NCBI GenBank assembly: GCA_037447605.1
Contig: CM074806.1
Coordinates: forward strand, 4,898,001-4,962,000
DNA from: Zygnema circumcarinatum SAG 698-1b
Taxonomy: Eukaryota > Plantae > Zygnematophyceae
Direction of reading: 5' to 3'
DNA length: 64,000 bases
In this document: positions 25,701 through 37,749 of the stretch, piece by piece
How the letters are laid out: every line of letters begins with the position of its first letter
Numbering within the stretch: position 1 is the first letter of the stretch
Made by a program: the position numbers and the translations under genes
Notes under the pieces: generated by a model
Told to the model about the DNA's origin: nothing
Seen by the model: only the letters and a program-made list of their open reading frames with translations
Database searches by the model: none

Positions 25701-26135
25701 ATACGCAACGTGCCTCGCCTCCAATTACTAAGTCTATTCTTGCAAATGGAGAGCGGCGATCACCTCAATTCCAAGTTTGTGGAGTACTTCAAGGTCTGCG
25801 TGGCTTCTGAGTACACGCGCTGCTTCTTCATGCTCAGCGCGCAACCCTAAGCCCTGACCTTAGGCCCTTTGCCTTCAACCCGAAACCCAAACTCTGAGCC
25901 CATGAAACTTGGTACTCAACTCTTTATCTTATGACTGCAGGTCCGTGCGGCTCGCCTTGAACCCGGGCCACGGGTGAAAAGCCGCGTGGAAGGCGGGTAC
26001 GTCTGCGTGGACGGCGAAGTCATTGCTCGCGGGCGGGGGAGCCTGGGAGATGCCAGCCGGGACGCCATGGCGTATGGGCGGCCCTTCGACCTGACAATCC
26101 AGCAGGGACTCGCGACATTCTTTGCCCCTCTGTGA
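22704..26135 (+). CDS. SPHK: Sphingosine/long-chain base kinase (DAGK-cat family), multi-exon
   Basis: Exons encode LVLVNPKGGQGKAGHIF, HARHALEIARGLDL...VVCVSGDG, VLNGFLQREDW...MPIGIVPAG|SGNGMVKSL, and a last exon GGYVCVDGEVIARG...LATFFAPL ending TGA at 26135. Confidence 0.92.
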
Positions 26136-26703
26136 GAGCTCCCCACGCGCTGTGTATTGCCAACAACGCCGTGCGACTCCCAGCCGTGCGAGGGCGCAAA
26201 CATTCATCAGAGTTGCAACTTCGCACTTCTCCCCTCCTACGATGCAGCAATTTCCGCCTCTCCAATTCGTCTACCTCTGCTCTGCTCTGGTCTTGCTCAG
26301 AGCAAGTGCATCTGCGGCGTTGTCCGTAAGAATATGTGGTACTTTAATTATAATATGATGTAGATGATAACGATGATGACAATGATACCTTCGTTACTGC
26401 ATGACTGTGTCTATTAAAGAGTCGTTGGCTACTAGACGCAGCGTCCGCTCAAGCGCCTCCTGATTATTAACTGTTAAATTGGTTTGACGACATGGCGGCT
26501 TCTCCGCACTCAGCACGATGTTGTTCAGTTGGGTGCAGAAAAGCGGTTGGATGAGCGGGGTGCGCAGATCGACCTATTTGAGACAAAACGAAGGCTCACA
26601 GTGCCTTCATCTCATGGACCGCACCTGAAGCATGACTAAACGGAGGAACGCTCAGAGGTAGTGGACATCACTCCCTCTGTCCTGCAACAAGCCTGCAGCA
26701 TCT

Positions 26704-29700
26704 CTACGCGCTCGGTCGGTTTCCAACTGCCGTACATTCGAATGCCAGGATTCCGTTCGCCTCAGGGGTCGGCCCCACCATGAGGACGGGCACGGTCAAG
26801 GGAGCAGCAACCGAGCCTGCTGCGCCAAAGACCTTCTGCAGGGCGTGCTCCAGCTCTCGGCGGGGCACGGCTCCCACGGCGAAGTACAGGCGGGTGCTCT
26901 GCCACACGAGCGTGCACGGCTTGTCAGACCTCCCGAAGCAGCAACACAGCTGTGATGCACAGGCCTCCCCGCTTTCATCGCTGCAAATTGCTATCCAGTT
27001 GTCTCCCTATTCTCCACTTGTGATCGAGCCTAGGTGGCTTACCCAGCAATACCACACCTCCGTGCAAACTCTGTACGTTACCTGAGTTGTATGTGCTTGC
27101 GACACTGCACTCCGTGCTCCAAACCATCGAGAAACTCGTGGCAGCCACCGGGAGGCAACCAACGCTAAGACCGGGTGACTGTTGTTTCATGCTCTTATCA
27201 CTTAAGCATTGCTTTGATACATCAGTAAGACCACATGCCGTTGCTTGCTTACACTACACTAGTTTGCAAACCGAGGACAAGTGTTGAGTACAGCTTACCA
27301 TGACAGCGCTCCAGGAAAAGTGGGCCCGATGCAAGCAACTGGCCACTGCATCCCGGCAAGTCTCCAGCCCTGCCGTTAAATCTTCTTCGCTAACATGCAC
27401 GCCCATCTCTCCTTCGCCACCCTCAACCATGCTTCTGGAGGTTTCTTCACTCGCCGTTGTTTTTGAGAGAAGTACTGCATGGGCCCTACAGAAATGTTTG
27501 GAAACCGTGAGAGCCTCTACTTCAACTTGCCACTCTACTCTTCTCCTTTTCATGCCTTCAGGTACAAGACCATCGCCAGCTTTCCCGGTTTCTTTCCCAG
27601 CGGATCTTGAGCTGTGCAGAGGGATGGGATACACGGCCTGCATCCTGTGCGCTTCTTTGCGTCCAGATAAAGGAATGTTTTCCGTCAGCTGAATCGTTTG
27701 CCCAACGGAAACATCGTGTTCCTCGACTTCTCCAATCCTGCCTTGAACTGTTGTGGCCAGGTCGTCCTCGTCATCCGTGTCACGATCAGATGAGTCTTCC
27801 TCGCCGTTGCCTTCAGGATTACTGTGGAAGACAATTGGCGCTATTTCGACAAGAGCACTGCAAAATAAATAAAACTGTATTGGCCTCACAAGGACTAGTC
27901 TGCTTTTCAATCGAGCATCGCAACAAAAAAGCAGCAAACGTGGAAAATTTGCGGGACCCTTACCCTTTGGGAAGGCCTGGCATCACCACAAACTGTACGA
28001 GGGATGTAAGTCGGTTTTCTCTGGGAAGGCCAAGCTCATCCTCTTCGCCAGCAGGCTTCCCACATAACAGCGTTCCTGTTTCTTCTTCTTGAACTTCAAA
28101 TTCTGGACATTCATTTTCGGGTACCTGCTGCAATTCATCATCTTTGTCGTCCAATGGCTTCCTCCTCCATATATCCCTGTTCCTGCCTGCTAAGAAGAGT
28201 TTGATCTCGCTGCTCACTTCCTGTCTTTCGTGCTGCTCAATGGCTGCTGCACAAAAAACTGTGAAGCAAACGCTGCGATGCACTGCAGAAGTTTTGAATA
28301 ACTGTGCAACCGCTTCACAGCTCAGAAGAGCCCGGGCTGCCTGAGCAGCCGCTCCCCCTGAGACCAGAGCCATGGTTGGAGGATCTAGACCAAGTTGTCC
28401 AGCCATAAGCAGTAGGTTGCCGTGAAGAGTGGCCTGCATCGGAGGCCTATCATTCCATCAGACGTGTCTGCAAATGAATTCATGCTGCTCAGTCCCTCCC
28501 TTCAATTTTGAGTCGCATCACTCAGTCGCATCAAGAAGCCACAAATGTCCATCCCTGTCCACCCGAGGGGGGTNNNNNNNNNNCCCTCCCCCCTCCCCCC
28601 TCCCCCCTTCCCTCTCTCACCTGACTGTAGGGCCCGATGCAGGAGGGCGCCCAGCAGGACACGCTCTGCACGTGCAGCACGCGCTTGGCGGTTGGCGCGT
28701 CCGGGGCCGCCAGCGCGTGCAGCGCGGCGGGGCCCAGACCCGCAGCGCGCAGGGGAGCCGCCAGCGCGCACCGCGAGGGCGGGCCGCGCGGACAGTTCGC
28801 TTCCGTGACGCGGTGCGCGTACTCGGCGTTGGCGCGCGCGAAGGCGGCCATGTCCGCTAGGAGCACGCGCACGTACAGGACGTGCTCCCACCGCATGCCG
28901 CACGCCGCCAGGGCGCCTTCCAGCGCGGCGAGGAGGAGGCCGACTTCGCTGCCACCATCTCCTGGGCCCCTCAGAATGCAGCAAAAAACCCGTCACTGAG
29001 AGATGCGTCTCAAAAAGTCTTTGTTCACATTTTTTCGGGCAGCAAAGAATCGACCAATCTGTCCCGGCATCATGTGCCAGTACCGTACCTTCCCCAGAAT
29101 CTGAACTACACAGCCTCCTGCACCCAATTGCGACGTAGCCGTTTTGCTGCCAAGTGGTAGTTATTTGTACAGTGTCCAGTAATCCCTTTGGAATTGGATC
29201 TTCTTCCCTATTGTGCTGTGCAACTCCAGCAATCCCCAATGCCTCATGATCGACATCGATGACTATGGGAGGTGGTGGCGCCCTCCTATCCTCTGAAGTC
29301 TTCAGCATCGTTTCCTCTTGCGCGTGCTTAGACTCCAGATGAAAGGCGCTTGGGTGCAGCACCCCGACTGAAGCAATAGACCCAGGTGAATGCAAATGGA
29401 TGGCGAACTCATCAAGCACAATATGGGCGTGCTGCAACAAAAGGGAACAGCAGACGAGTGAACAAAAACTTAGTTCGTTTTGGTCCCTTTCTATAGCTCA
29501 GAGAGGAGAACCACCGGACGACCTCCTCAACTTGGAAACACAGTTCAAGGCTCGCAGAGGCGACCTGAGCGTGCATGGATGCAAACGACCTGTGACTCTC
29601 TGCAGGACGGCGAGTGATGCGCTAGCGAGGACACACTTTTGTGTCCCACTGCAAACCGCGGTCCTGCCGGGGAGGGAGTAGGGCTAAACGATGAGCCAAA

Positions 29701-32329
29701 AAACTTCAGATGCAATTCCTGCGAATCTTCAGACAAGTCCTCGGTGGAGGTAGACGTCAATTAAGTGACTGGCAGAAATACTGAGACTTCAATGGAAGCG
29801 ATTGCCTAAGTAGCACATGCCTTTACTCAAATGGCTTTTGATAATGGTGAGACAATGTCTTGCGTTGTTGGATGCGCCTGATTTCGGAATACTCCTTTTA
29901 TGGACAAACATACTAACTGCAGTGAAAGATCATGTCCATTCATCAGTGGAAGTTACACGAAGGATGCGTTGTTACCTTGAAGAGAGGGCAGTCGAGTGTG
30001 AGGGTTTCATACTCTCCTCCCTCCCCGCACTCGTTGATTCCGAACATCCTGCAGCGCAGCACGATGAACAGCTGTCTAGAGGAGGTTGGCAGTGGCCTGC
30101 AGCAGAGCGCGCTGCCGCCAAAGGGCGGGCACGTACTTGGAGAGGCGTTTCAGCTGCGGCTGCATTTCCATCAGATCCGCTCCTAAATGCTTCTCAGGCT
30201 CGAGCCCCATGGCTGCTACCTGGGCTCGTCTCCCCAGCGTGACAGTGCAGAATGAGAGACTCTCAAATAAGACAAATTGCCAAGAGACTGGAATAACTCT
30301 ACTGAAGGGGAGCCGTTCGTGTGTTGGCTGCACGTTCTGATTATTATGCCAGGTAAGGATGAAACCCAAAATCGTTAGAAGGGCCCAACTCACCTTCACA
30401 ATAATACTTCGCAACCCATCACGGATCTGCTTCCCGCAAAATCCCCAACAGAAGTCTCCAAACGTTTGAGAACGAGCATGGGCACTTTGTTAGCAGCCTT
30501 ATATCTCTATCCTCCTTCAATCTAGCATACGCCATATGTTATAGCCGCCTGACCCTCCAGGTTGTCACCTTCTTTACAGCGCCTGCCCGCTTGCACTTCT
30601 CAACTGAAAGGAACTTCCGTTCCGGATGCATCATGCCAAGCAAAAATCCCCCTAATCAATGAGATGTTGGCAGAATTGCCCCTCCAAGGGAGAGCTGCTG
30701 AGCCCACCATGTGTTCCAGGAGCGGGCCCTGCGGCCGCTGCCAAAGGTAGGCGAGGGAGACGAGCCCAAGGGCGGAGCACACACTTTCGACTCGCAAGCG
30801 CTGGTAGTCAGAGGCGATAGCTCCGGAACAGACTGCGTCCACCTCAGGCATCTTCTCCCTCACGGCACGCAAAAGAATTTCAAGATCCTCAACTTCATCC
30901 CCCTCAGTCTTCATGTATCGTAAGCTTGTGAGCCTGCTACATGACAAACATAGCACATATCTCATATCTGGAGCTGAAATTTCCAGACATGTTTTACATC
31001 ACCCCCGGTGGCAGAGTGACTTTAATGGGTATGGAATTCTATTCCAATCACAGCGCGCCTAGCTCCTGGTGGCATGCCAGCGGCAGCAAGCAAGGCTGTC
31101 AGACCATAGTGGCTGCTCGCAGGACGATACAGAGGATGAACAAGCAGCTTCTAGTATCCGTGCCAGCACCTTGCACTTCCACAAATCCTCTTGCGGAATA
31201 ACGGCAGCCCCATGCATTCAGCATACGCTGCCACAATCTGATGGCCCACCTGTCCATCCATCGCCATCCCCATCCCCACCAAGTCGCTCATCTTAGCGTC
31301 AAAGAAACAATGCCGTGTGAGTGAAACAATCTCGGCATCAGGATTGATACCCTCCCACTATCATGATTGTGCATTGCAACCAAACGCAGTGCCCGAAACA
31401 TGCGATTTGACAGGTTAACAGGCAGAGCAACAGAGTTAATAATAAATAAGTATGACCTTCAACATTGCACCGAAATCAACCCGACTGCGTTTCTAAAGGT
31501 CAATAATTTTCCGAAAACTGAAACAAATATAGCTCTTCGACGTTTCCACATGGCAAACCTGTCTATCACAAATACATCCACAGGTCATTGTGCTTTGAGA
31601 ATTAATGGCGTAAAGACAAAATCCAGAACCTCTCGTTATCAGCTAATGACTGACATTTAATGTTGGGAATAAGGAATGTTTACTACTATGCAAGTCGGTA
31701 ACGGCTTGGACCAGTTGAAGCTTTAGACTAGAAAAAATGCTGGAAACTCTATCAACTCGTAATATCTCGCTTAGTGCTCTCTCGTAATTCTCGCGAAAAG
31801 AGAAAGTGACAAACCGCTGTCCGTTGCTTCTAATTAAGGTTTACAAAATGCAGAAGTGAAGGGTTTTAAAGGACGAAAGGTGGGAGAAGGCTCCTTTCTT
31901 CAAGCTTAGTGGCAAGCATTTCACCGTTTGGTACATATAGCTGTCCAGCTCATCAACATTGTTGTCTTCCGGCAGAAGATTCGCCAGAGCCACAACCTAC
32001 AAAAATTATAAAAATAAAAAAAGGAACATCAGCCGCCTTCCTCCAAATTTTGCACAGTGAATGAGACTCAAGGGCTAGCCCGCACTTTGTGCAAAAATGA
32101 TGATATATCTCCAAAAACCACTGAGACTTTCAAACCGATAACAACCCAAAGAGCATGTATAAGTATGCAGGGTTTTCCATGGACCAAAACGCAAAGCAAG
32201 ACAGCCGGGCAACATGCACTCAGACGAGGATGCGGAAGTGACGAGCCGCACCTGGTGGCCATGCCGCAGGCACTGCATGATGCTGTAGCAGCTGTCCTTC
32301 CCGCCGCTCACCAGCGCCACCACCTTCAT
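26704..32329 (-). CDS. DPH6: Diphthine--ammonia ligase with C-terminal RidA/YjgF-like domains, multi-exon
   Basis: MKVVALVSGGKDSCYSIMQC from 32329; VDAVCSGAIASDYQRLRVESVCSALGLVSLAYLWQRPQ (~30870-30730); LHVQSVSCWAPSCIGPYSQ (~28690-28625); LLMAGQLGLDPPTM (~28410-28370). The last exon ends TAG at 26704. Confidence 0.92.
28574..28583. other. Assembly gap (10 N) in a DPH6 intron
   Basis: Run of ten N beside a C-rich low-complexity tract. Confidence 1.
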
Positions 32330-32450
32330 CTTCACGGCGCTGCCGGCGGAGGGAGAGGAGGAAAGCACGCTCCGTTTGAAATTCGAAGTGGCGCTCCGCC
32401 GCTTAGAGCCGAGCCTCTCGTCAGCGGAGGGCGCTCAGGCAACGGGAGGG

Positions 32451-35400
32451 ATGCAGAGAGGAGAGGGAAGGGAAGGGGGAGGGGGAGGGGTAAGGGCAGG
32501 GGGAGGGGCAGGGAGAGGGAGAGGGGCAGGGGCAGCGCGCCATGGGGACGGCAGCGTGCAGGCCACCAACGACGACGCCACCGTGAGCAAGCTGTGCGCC
32601 CCTCCACGCCCGCCTCGCCCGCAGCAGCAGCAGCAGGGCGGAGGAGAGCTTGGGGGGCTAACGGGGAGAGGGCCGCCATGGAGGGGGGCAGCTCCTGCGC
32701 CCAGCGCGGCTACTTCGCTGACTCCTTTGTGCGCTTCTTCGTGCGCCGGCCGCTGCGCAGAGCTCCCGTCATCAACCGGGGTGAGCCAGCTGCAATGGCG
32801 CTGCCTTGACAACTTGTCTTTCCTCCTCACAAGCAGAGCCCTTCAAGTGCCTTGAGGCTAAACACGAATGAATCAGTGCTTCAATTTATGTTTTTTCGAT
32901 CGTTTCATCCTTGCAGCAGTGCTTTCAGATTTCACCCGTGTGCAATCGTTCATGCTGGTTTTCGGGAATTAATGAGGGTAATGCAGGATATTATGCGCGA
33001 TGGGCCGCCGTTCGCCTTTTGCTGGACCAGTTTGCAGCCATGGCTGGTCCAAAGCGGCAGGTGTTGTCACTGGGTGCTGGCTATGATACACTCTTCTTTC
33101 AGCGCCAGGTGAGCTAGGAGGACGCGTGCCTTCACACCTATACGAATACGGCTGAGTGCTAAAGCTTGGGAGCTGGAAAGGAGCGGCAGCGGCATACCGG
33201 GACGTTGGGCAGTGTGGCGGGGCATGCAGGCGGAGGGCATTGTCGGAGAGCATTTCTTTGAGGTGGATTTTGCCGAGGTATGATGTCTGTTTGTTCCTAT
33301 CAGCGGTTGTATTGTGATCCACCTGGCATTTGACGTGACACTCTCTTGCATATTGGCATATTGCTGTCGAGCAATATGCAGTGTGCATATTGCATGGCAG
33401 TTGTTGCCATTTTCACCAGCCTGCAATGTAATGCTTGTTTACCTCCCGAATGCAAATTCTGCCGTCTTGGGAAGTAGGTGACGAGTCGAAAGGCTGGAAT
33501 AATTGATACTCATCCTGAGTTAAAGTCTGCACTGGGTGCTTCAGCCAGCATATCAGTTGGTAAGTGGGAGCGGGCTTCCATCCGTAAAAAAGTTTTTGGA
33601 ACTGAGAGAGACTTCAGCTTTATCAGACGCTTTTTCTGATGAAAGAAGATGAGCTGCATTTTCCTTCTGGTGAGGACGAGCTCTCGTTATTGACAAATAT
33701 TGCTGAGCCTGGTGAAGGGCAGAAAAAGGGCAAGTGAATAGTGAGCACTACCATCTGCTGCCGGCTGACTTAAGGGATTGCGCACACTTGGACATAGCTC
33801 TGTCTTCAGCAGGGCTTGATCCCCAGTACGGTACTTCTTTTTTTTCGTATATTTTGTACAAAACAGCTGCTGTACGCTAAATACAAAATCCTTATGGCTG
33901 AACCTTTGAAGTCCACTGGACTCTATCTTTGTCAAAGAGGTAGAAGCTATTAAAATGTGCACTTTGCAGAACAGCCCTTCGACCGCACATGAAACAACCG
34001 CTAGCCTTTGAAGCCGGCACTTTAAAATGTGGCCGCCTATTTGCATTGAGTGCGTTTGTTGTTGACTTATGCAGACTTCCAACATTCATCCTCGCAGAAT
34101 GTGTGCTTATTTACATGGACCCAATAAGCAGTCGATCCCTTGTTCAGTGGGCAGCGGCCAAGTTCCCTTCTGCAGTCTTCGTGGTTTATGAGCAGGTGAG
34201 AGGTTTTCAAGGGGCAGTGCTGGAAGTTTGTGATCCTGCCATAAGGTCTCATGCTTTTGCGGGTGCAGATTCGTCCAGATGACGCATTCGGGCAGCAAAT
34301 GATTTACAATTTGGAGGTATGATGTTAGAGTTCGCATCCCGGTCCCATGAATCTTGTATAGGACCTCGACATGCAGGCAAGATGTAGGCAAGATGTCTCC
34401 GAGACAAGTCTAAGCCTTGCTCCCTCCATTTATGTGCCATCCAAGCAAGTGGGTGTCAAAGAAGTTATATTAAATTATCTCTGATAAAAAGGTTGAACCA
34501 CTTATTTATCCAGTATGATGTCTTATTAACAGTTCTTAAATTTAAAAAATGAGGAGGTAGAGGGGTCCTATTGCTCAGAAGTGTGTGCTCTTTGGCGAGG
34601 TTCCATTTAGCACGTTTCCATAGCCCGGTGAATCGTCAAAGTTGATGAATTTCGTCTAAGAATAGGACGACAATCTCATTTGCAGCGAATTCAGATAGCT
34701 GTTTTCCACTACTGAGCAATGGATCGTGGACTCGGGAGGACTATATTTTCCTTCCTAAGATAGTTTTTAATGTCCTTCCTAACATAGTTCTGACACGGGA
34801 AGATGTGCTCCCCTGCACAGATGGGTAAATGATATCTTGATCTGAAGCTTTCATGGCCTGTCTGTCGGCTGCTGCAGAGTCGGGGGTGTGCGCTGCTCGG
34901 CATCCGCGACACGCCCTCTCTGGAGGCCAAAAGGCGGCGCTTCACGGACCTGGGCTTTCAGGTGCGCTCCGCTTCGCGCAGCCTCGCGGGGGCTGACTGA
35001 CTGGCTGGCTGGCTGGCCGGCTGGCTGACTGACTGGTTGACTGACTGACTGGCTGACTGACTGACTGACTGACTGACTGACTGACTGGTTGACTGACTGG
35101 CTGACTGACTGACTGACGGGGCAGCGCGGGCGCGATGCAGCGGGCGGGGGCGCTGGACATGGACAGCGTCTACGGCAGAGTCCTCGACACGGCCGACGTC
35201 CGGAGGTGCATGCTTCGCAGTCTCCGTTCTCAGCCACTGCCGTGGCGACGCCCTGCTGTTTCGCAGGACTGACTGTTCTGGGTGGAAGGGTGGCGCGTTT
35301 GCAGAATCGAGCGGCTGGAAATATTCGACGAATTTGAGGAGTGGCATATCATGCAGGTGGGTGAGAATGGAATTTGGAGAGATTGTTGATTGGTTGGCAA

Positions 35401-35727
35401 TGAGGGAACCGGAGAAACGTGTATGCGGCGCCCCAGAACTGTCGAGTGACAGCCTCGTCTTGCGCGTGCAGGAGCATTATTGCATCGCCTTCGGCGTGAA
35501 TGATGGGCAGGTCAGTTGCACGCGGGCAGGGCAGGGCAGGGCAGGGCAGGGCAGAGGAGGTGGCACTCGCTGACAGACAGGGAGCTCTGAGGCCCAAAAG
35601 CAACGCCGTCAGCTCTCGAGAAAAGCGCTATGCTATGCCTCTCACGCGCAGCCCAGTTTTGCAGGGCCTTCTGCGGGACTTTGGGCTGGAGAAAGAAGAT
35701 GTGGCGGCAGAGCATCAACGCGAGTGA
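32451..35727 (+). CDS. LCMT1: Leucine carboxyl methyltransferase 1 (PP2A methyltransferase), multi-exon; start uncertain (32451 in frame, 32542 better context but out of frame)
   Basis: Exons encode VQATNDDATVSKL|SCAQRGYF...RRAPVINRG|YYARW, QVLSLGAGYDTLFF, FFEVDF, LPTFILAECVLIYM, YEQ|IRPDDAFGQQM, RIERLEIFDEFEEWHIMQ|EHYCIAFG and a last exon ending TGA at 35727. Confidence 0.92.
34991..35117. repeat. Degenerate (GACT/GGCT)n tetranucleotide microsatellite in an LCMT1 intron
   Basis: ggctgactgactggctggct...gactgactgactgac read directly. Confidence 0.95.
35524..35553. repeat. (GGGCA)6 pentanucleotide repeat in the last LCMT1 intron
   Basis: gggcagggcagggcagggcagggcagggca read directly. Confidence 0.9.
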
Positions 35728-35949
35728 TTTCACCTTAAAAACTGGGGGCAGCTCGTGGCGCATTATTGGGCAATGTCACGACTGCGACACACGCTGTTGT
35801 GCTTGCACTCATCACGTGTGCCGCCAGCGCTGTCTGACTTAGTTTTTGATGCATACTGAGCGTGTGATAATTCAAATGGAACACAAATTAATGTGAATGA
35901 CATCTTCCTTTGTTGCAGTAATGGATAGTCTATGTCTTGTATCCTGTGG

Positions 35950-36086
35950 AGACGGACAGACAAACAAACAGACAGGCAGACAGACATACAGATAGACATA
36001 CAAGCAGACAAACAGACAGAGACTAGACCGACAGAAAGACACAGACACACAGACAGACACACACGCAGACAGGCACAGGCAGGCAG
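35950..36086. repeat. Degenerate (CAGA/GACA)n microsatellite downstream of LCMT1
   Basis: gacggacagacaaacaaacagacaggcagacagac... read directly. Confidence 0.9.
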
Positions 36087-36182
36087 TCGGAGTTTCTTCC
36101 CGTGTTCAGGCCCTCCTCTCCCTGCCCCCCCGCTGCCCGCCATAATAACCCCAACCCTGCCCTCCAGGGAGTGTCGTAGGCC

Positions 36183-36239
36183 GTACATTCGTACAGAGCG
36201 TTCCGTATGCCGTACAATTGTACAGCGAGCAGGCCGTAC
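36183..36239. promoter_or_regulatory. GTAC cluster, probable promoter of the UBE2W gene
   Basis: GTAC at 36183, 36191, 36212, 36220 and 36236, followed by a GA-rich leader (36290-36380) and a probable 5'UTR intron donor (gg|gtgaga near 36540). Confidence 0.5.
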
Positions 36240-36409
36240 GGGGACGGCGCACTCGCTCGCAGCTGTCGCCGCCGGCCGGCCACACAGGGGAGGGAGGGAG
36301 GAAGGAAGGAAGGAAGGGAGAGGAGAGGACTCAGGGGAGAAGGCCACTATCGGTAGGCGCAAGGGAGGGAGGGAGAGAGCGACAGTGAGGACTCCCGCAC
36401 CCGCACCCG

Positions 36410-36512
36410 ACCTGCCTGCCTGCCTGCCCGCCTGCCCGCCTGCCCGCCTGCCCGCCTGCCCGCCTGCCCGCCTGCCCGCCTGCCTACCCGCCTGCCTGCC
36501 GCCCCGCCTGCC
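36410..36512. repeat. (CCTG/CCCG)n compound microsatellite in the probable UBE2W leader
   Basis: cctgcctgcctgcctgcccgcctgcccgcctg... read directly. Confidence 0.9.
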
Positions 36513-37749
36513 TGCCCCCCTCACGCCGCGCCGCAGCGGGTGAGATGGCGCCCGCCCGGCCTCCCTCCTCCAGTCGTCCCCTTCAGCCCTGCTTGCTTGC
36601 TCGCTTGCTCGTAATCCAAAGCGTCGCCCGAGTCCCGCGCGGAAGGACTCGCGGGTGGACCGTACTTGCGTGTCTCCTTGTCCAATGTCTCTTCGTGCTT
36701 GTTTGTCCCATGTTTTCTACATACTGTTTTTCCGCCTCCGCTGGCTAACTTTTAAGTCCAGTCATTAGGACGGCTCGTCTTAGTATCAGCACTTCAGGAT
36801 CCTTTTTTTTCGTGGATTTATCCCTCTCTTTCATACCTTTACGTAGCGCCCGCATAAGTAAAGCCGGTAACTTATTGCTGGCAAGGGCAACAGAATGTCA
36901 GACTCAAGCTGTTTAACACCTGTCAGCCTTCCAATGCTTTCTTGGCAAGTTTCGCCAGCATGTTGTGGCACAAGTCGTTTCCTTGCCCTGGAATTTCAGA
37001 TTGCGTATCACTTGAACTCAACTGCTCCGTAGATTGCTACTATTCTTATTTTTGGTCAATGAAAATGTAGAAACTGAAGCAGCCATGGGCTTCCCGAGAA
37101 TAAATGTCCGAGAGTATGTGCCTGTTCATTTACAGCAAAAATGAGATCAAAGTATACTTAGAAGTTGTTCTTCTTGTCAGAGAATTCGAGGGTAATTTTA
37201 TATACATAGATGCGCCATGCAATTTCAGGCCATGTCCTTGTCAGAAAATTCAAGGACGCCAATTGTATGCACATAGGTGAGCCATGCACTTGTAGGCAGG
37301 CCACTTATTCCTGCTTTTCTTACCTGTTAAAGTACTGTGACAGCTTGACGAAGTTCCTTTGGATTTTACATGACCAAAGTGCACGTTTGGTGCCTGACTG
37401 TCATATATAGGAGAGGTGAAATTCATCGTCGATCTTCAAAAAACGGTTTTGATGTTCTGTCTATTTGTTTTTGGTCAGGTTACTGCTGTTGGTTTTATGA
37501 ACAGATGAAGTGTTATCCTGGACTTGGTTCAAGGCTCGTTGTTTTCGAATGTGATTCAAGCAAGTGACATGCCTGTTCCGGTCGCTTACATAATTGTTTG
37601 TCAATTTTCTTCGACATTTGTCTGTATTCCTGGAGATTGCAGGGTTTTCCAAAGGTCTCCTGCCGAATTTGCAACTGAGCAATAGCTTGTCTGTTCTGAA
37701 AATTAATCAATTTCAGGCCGCAGTTGGAGAATTCTAGAGCGGCAGCAAC

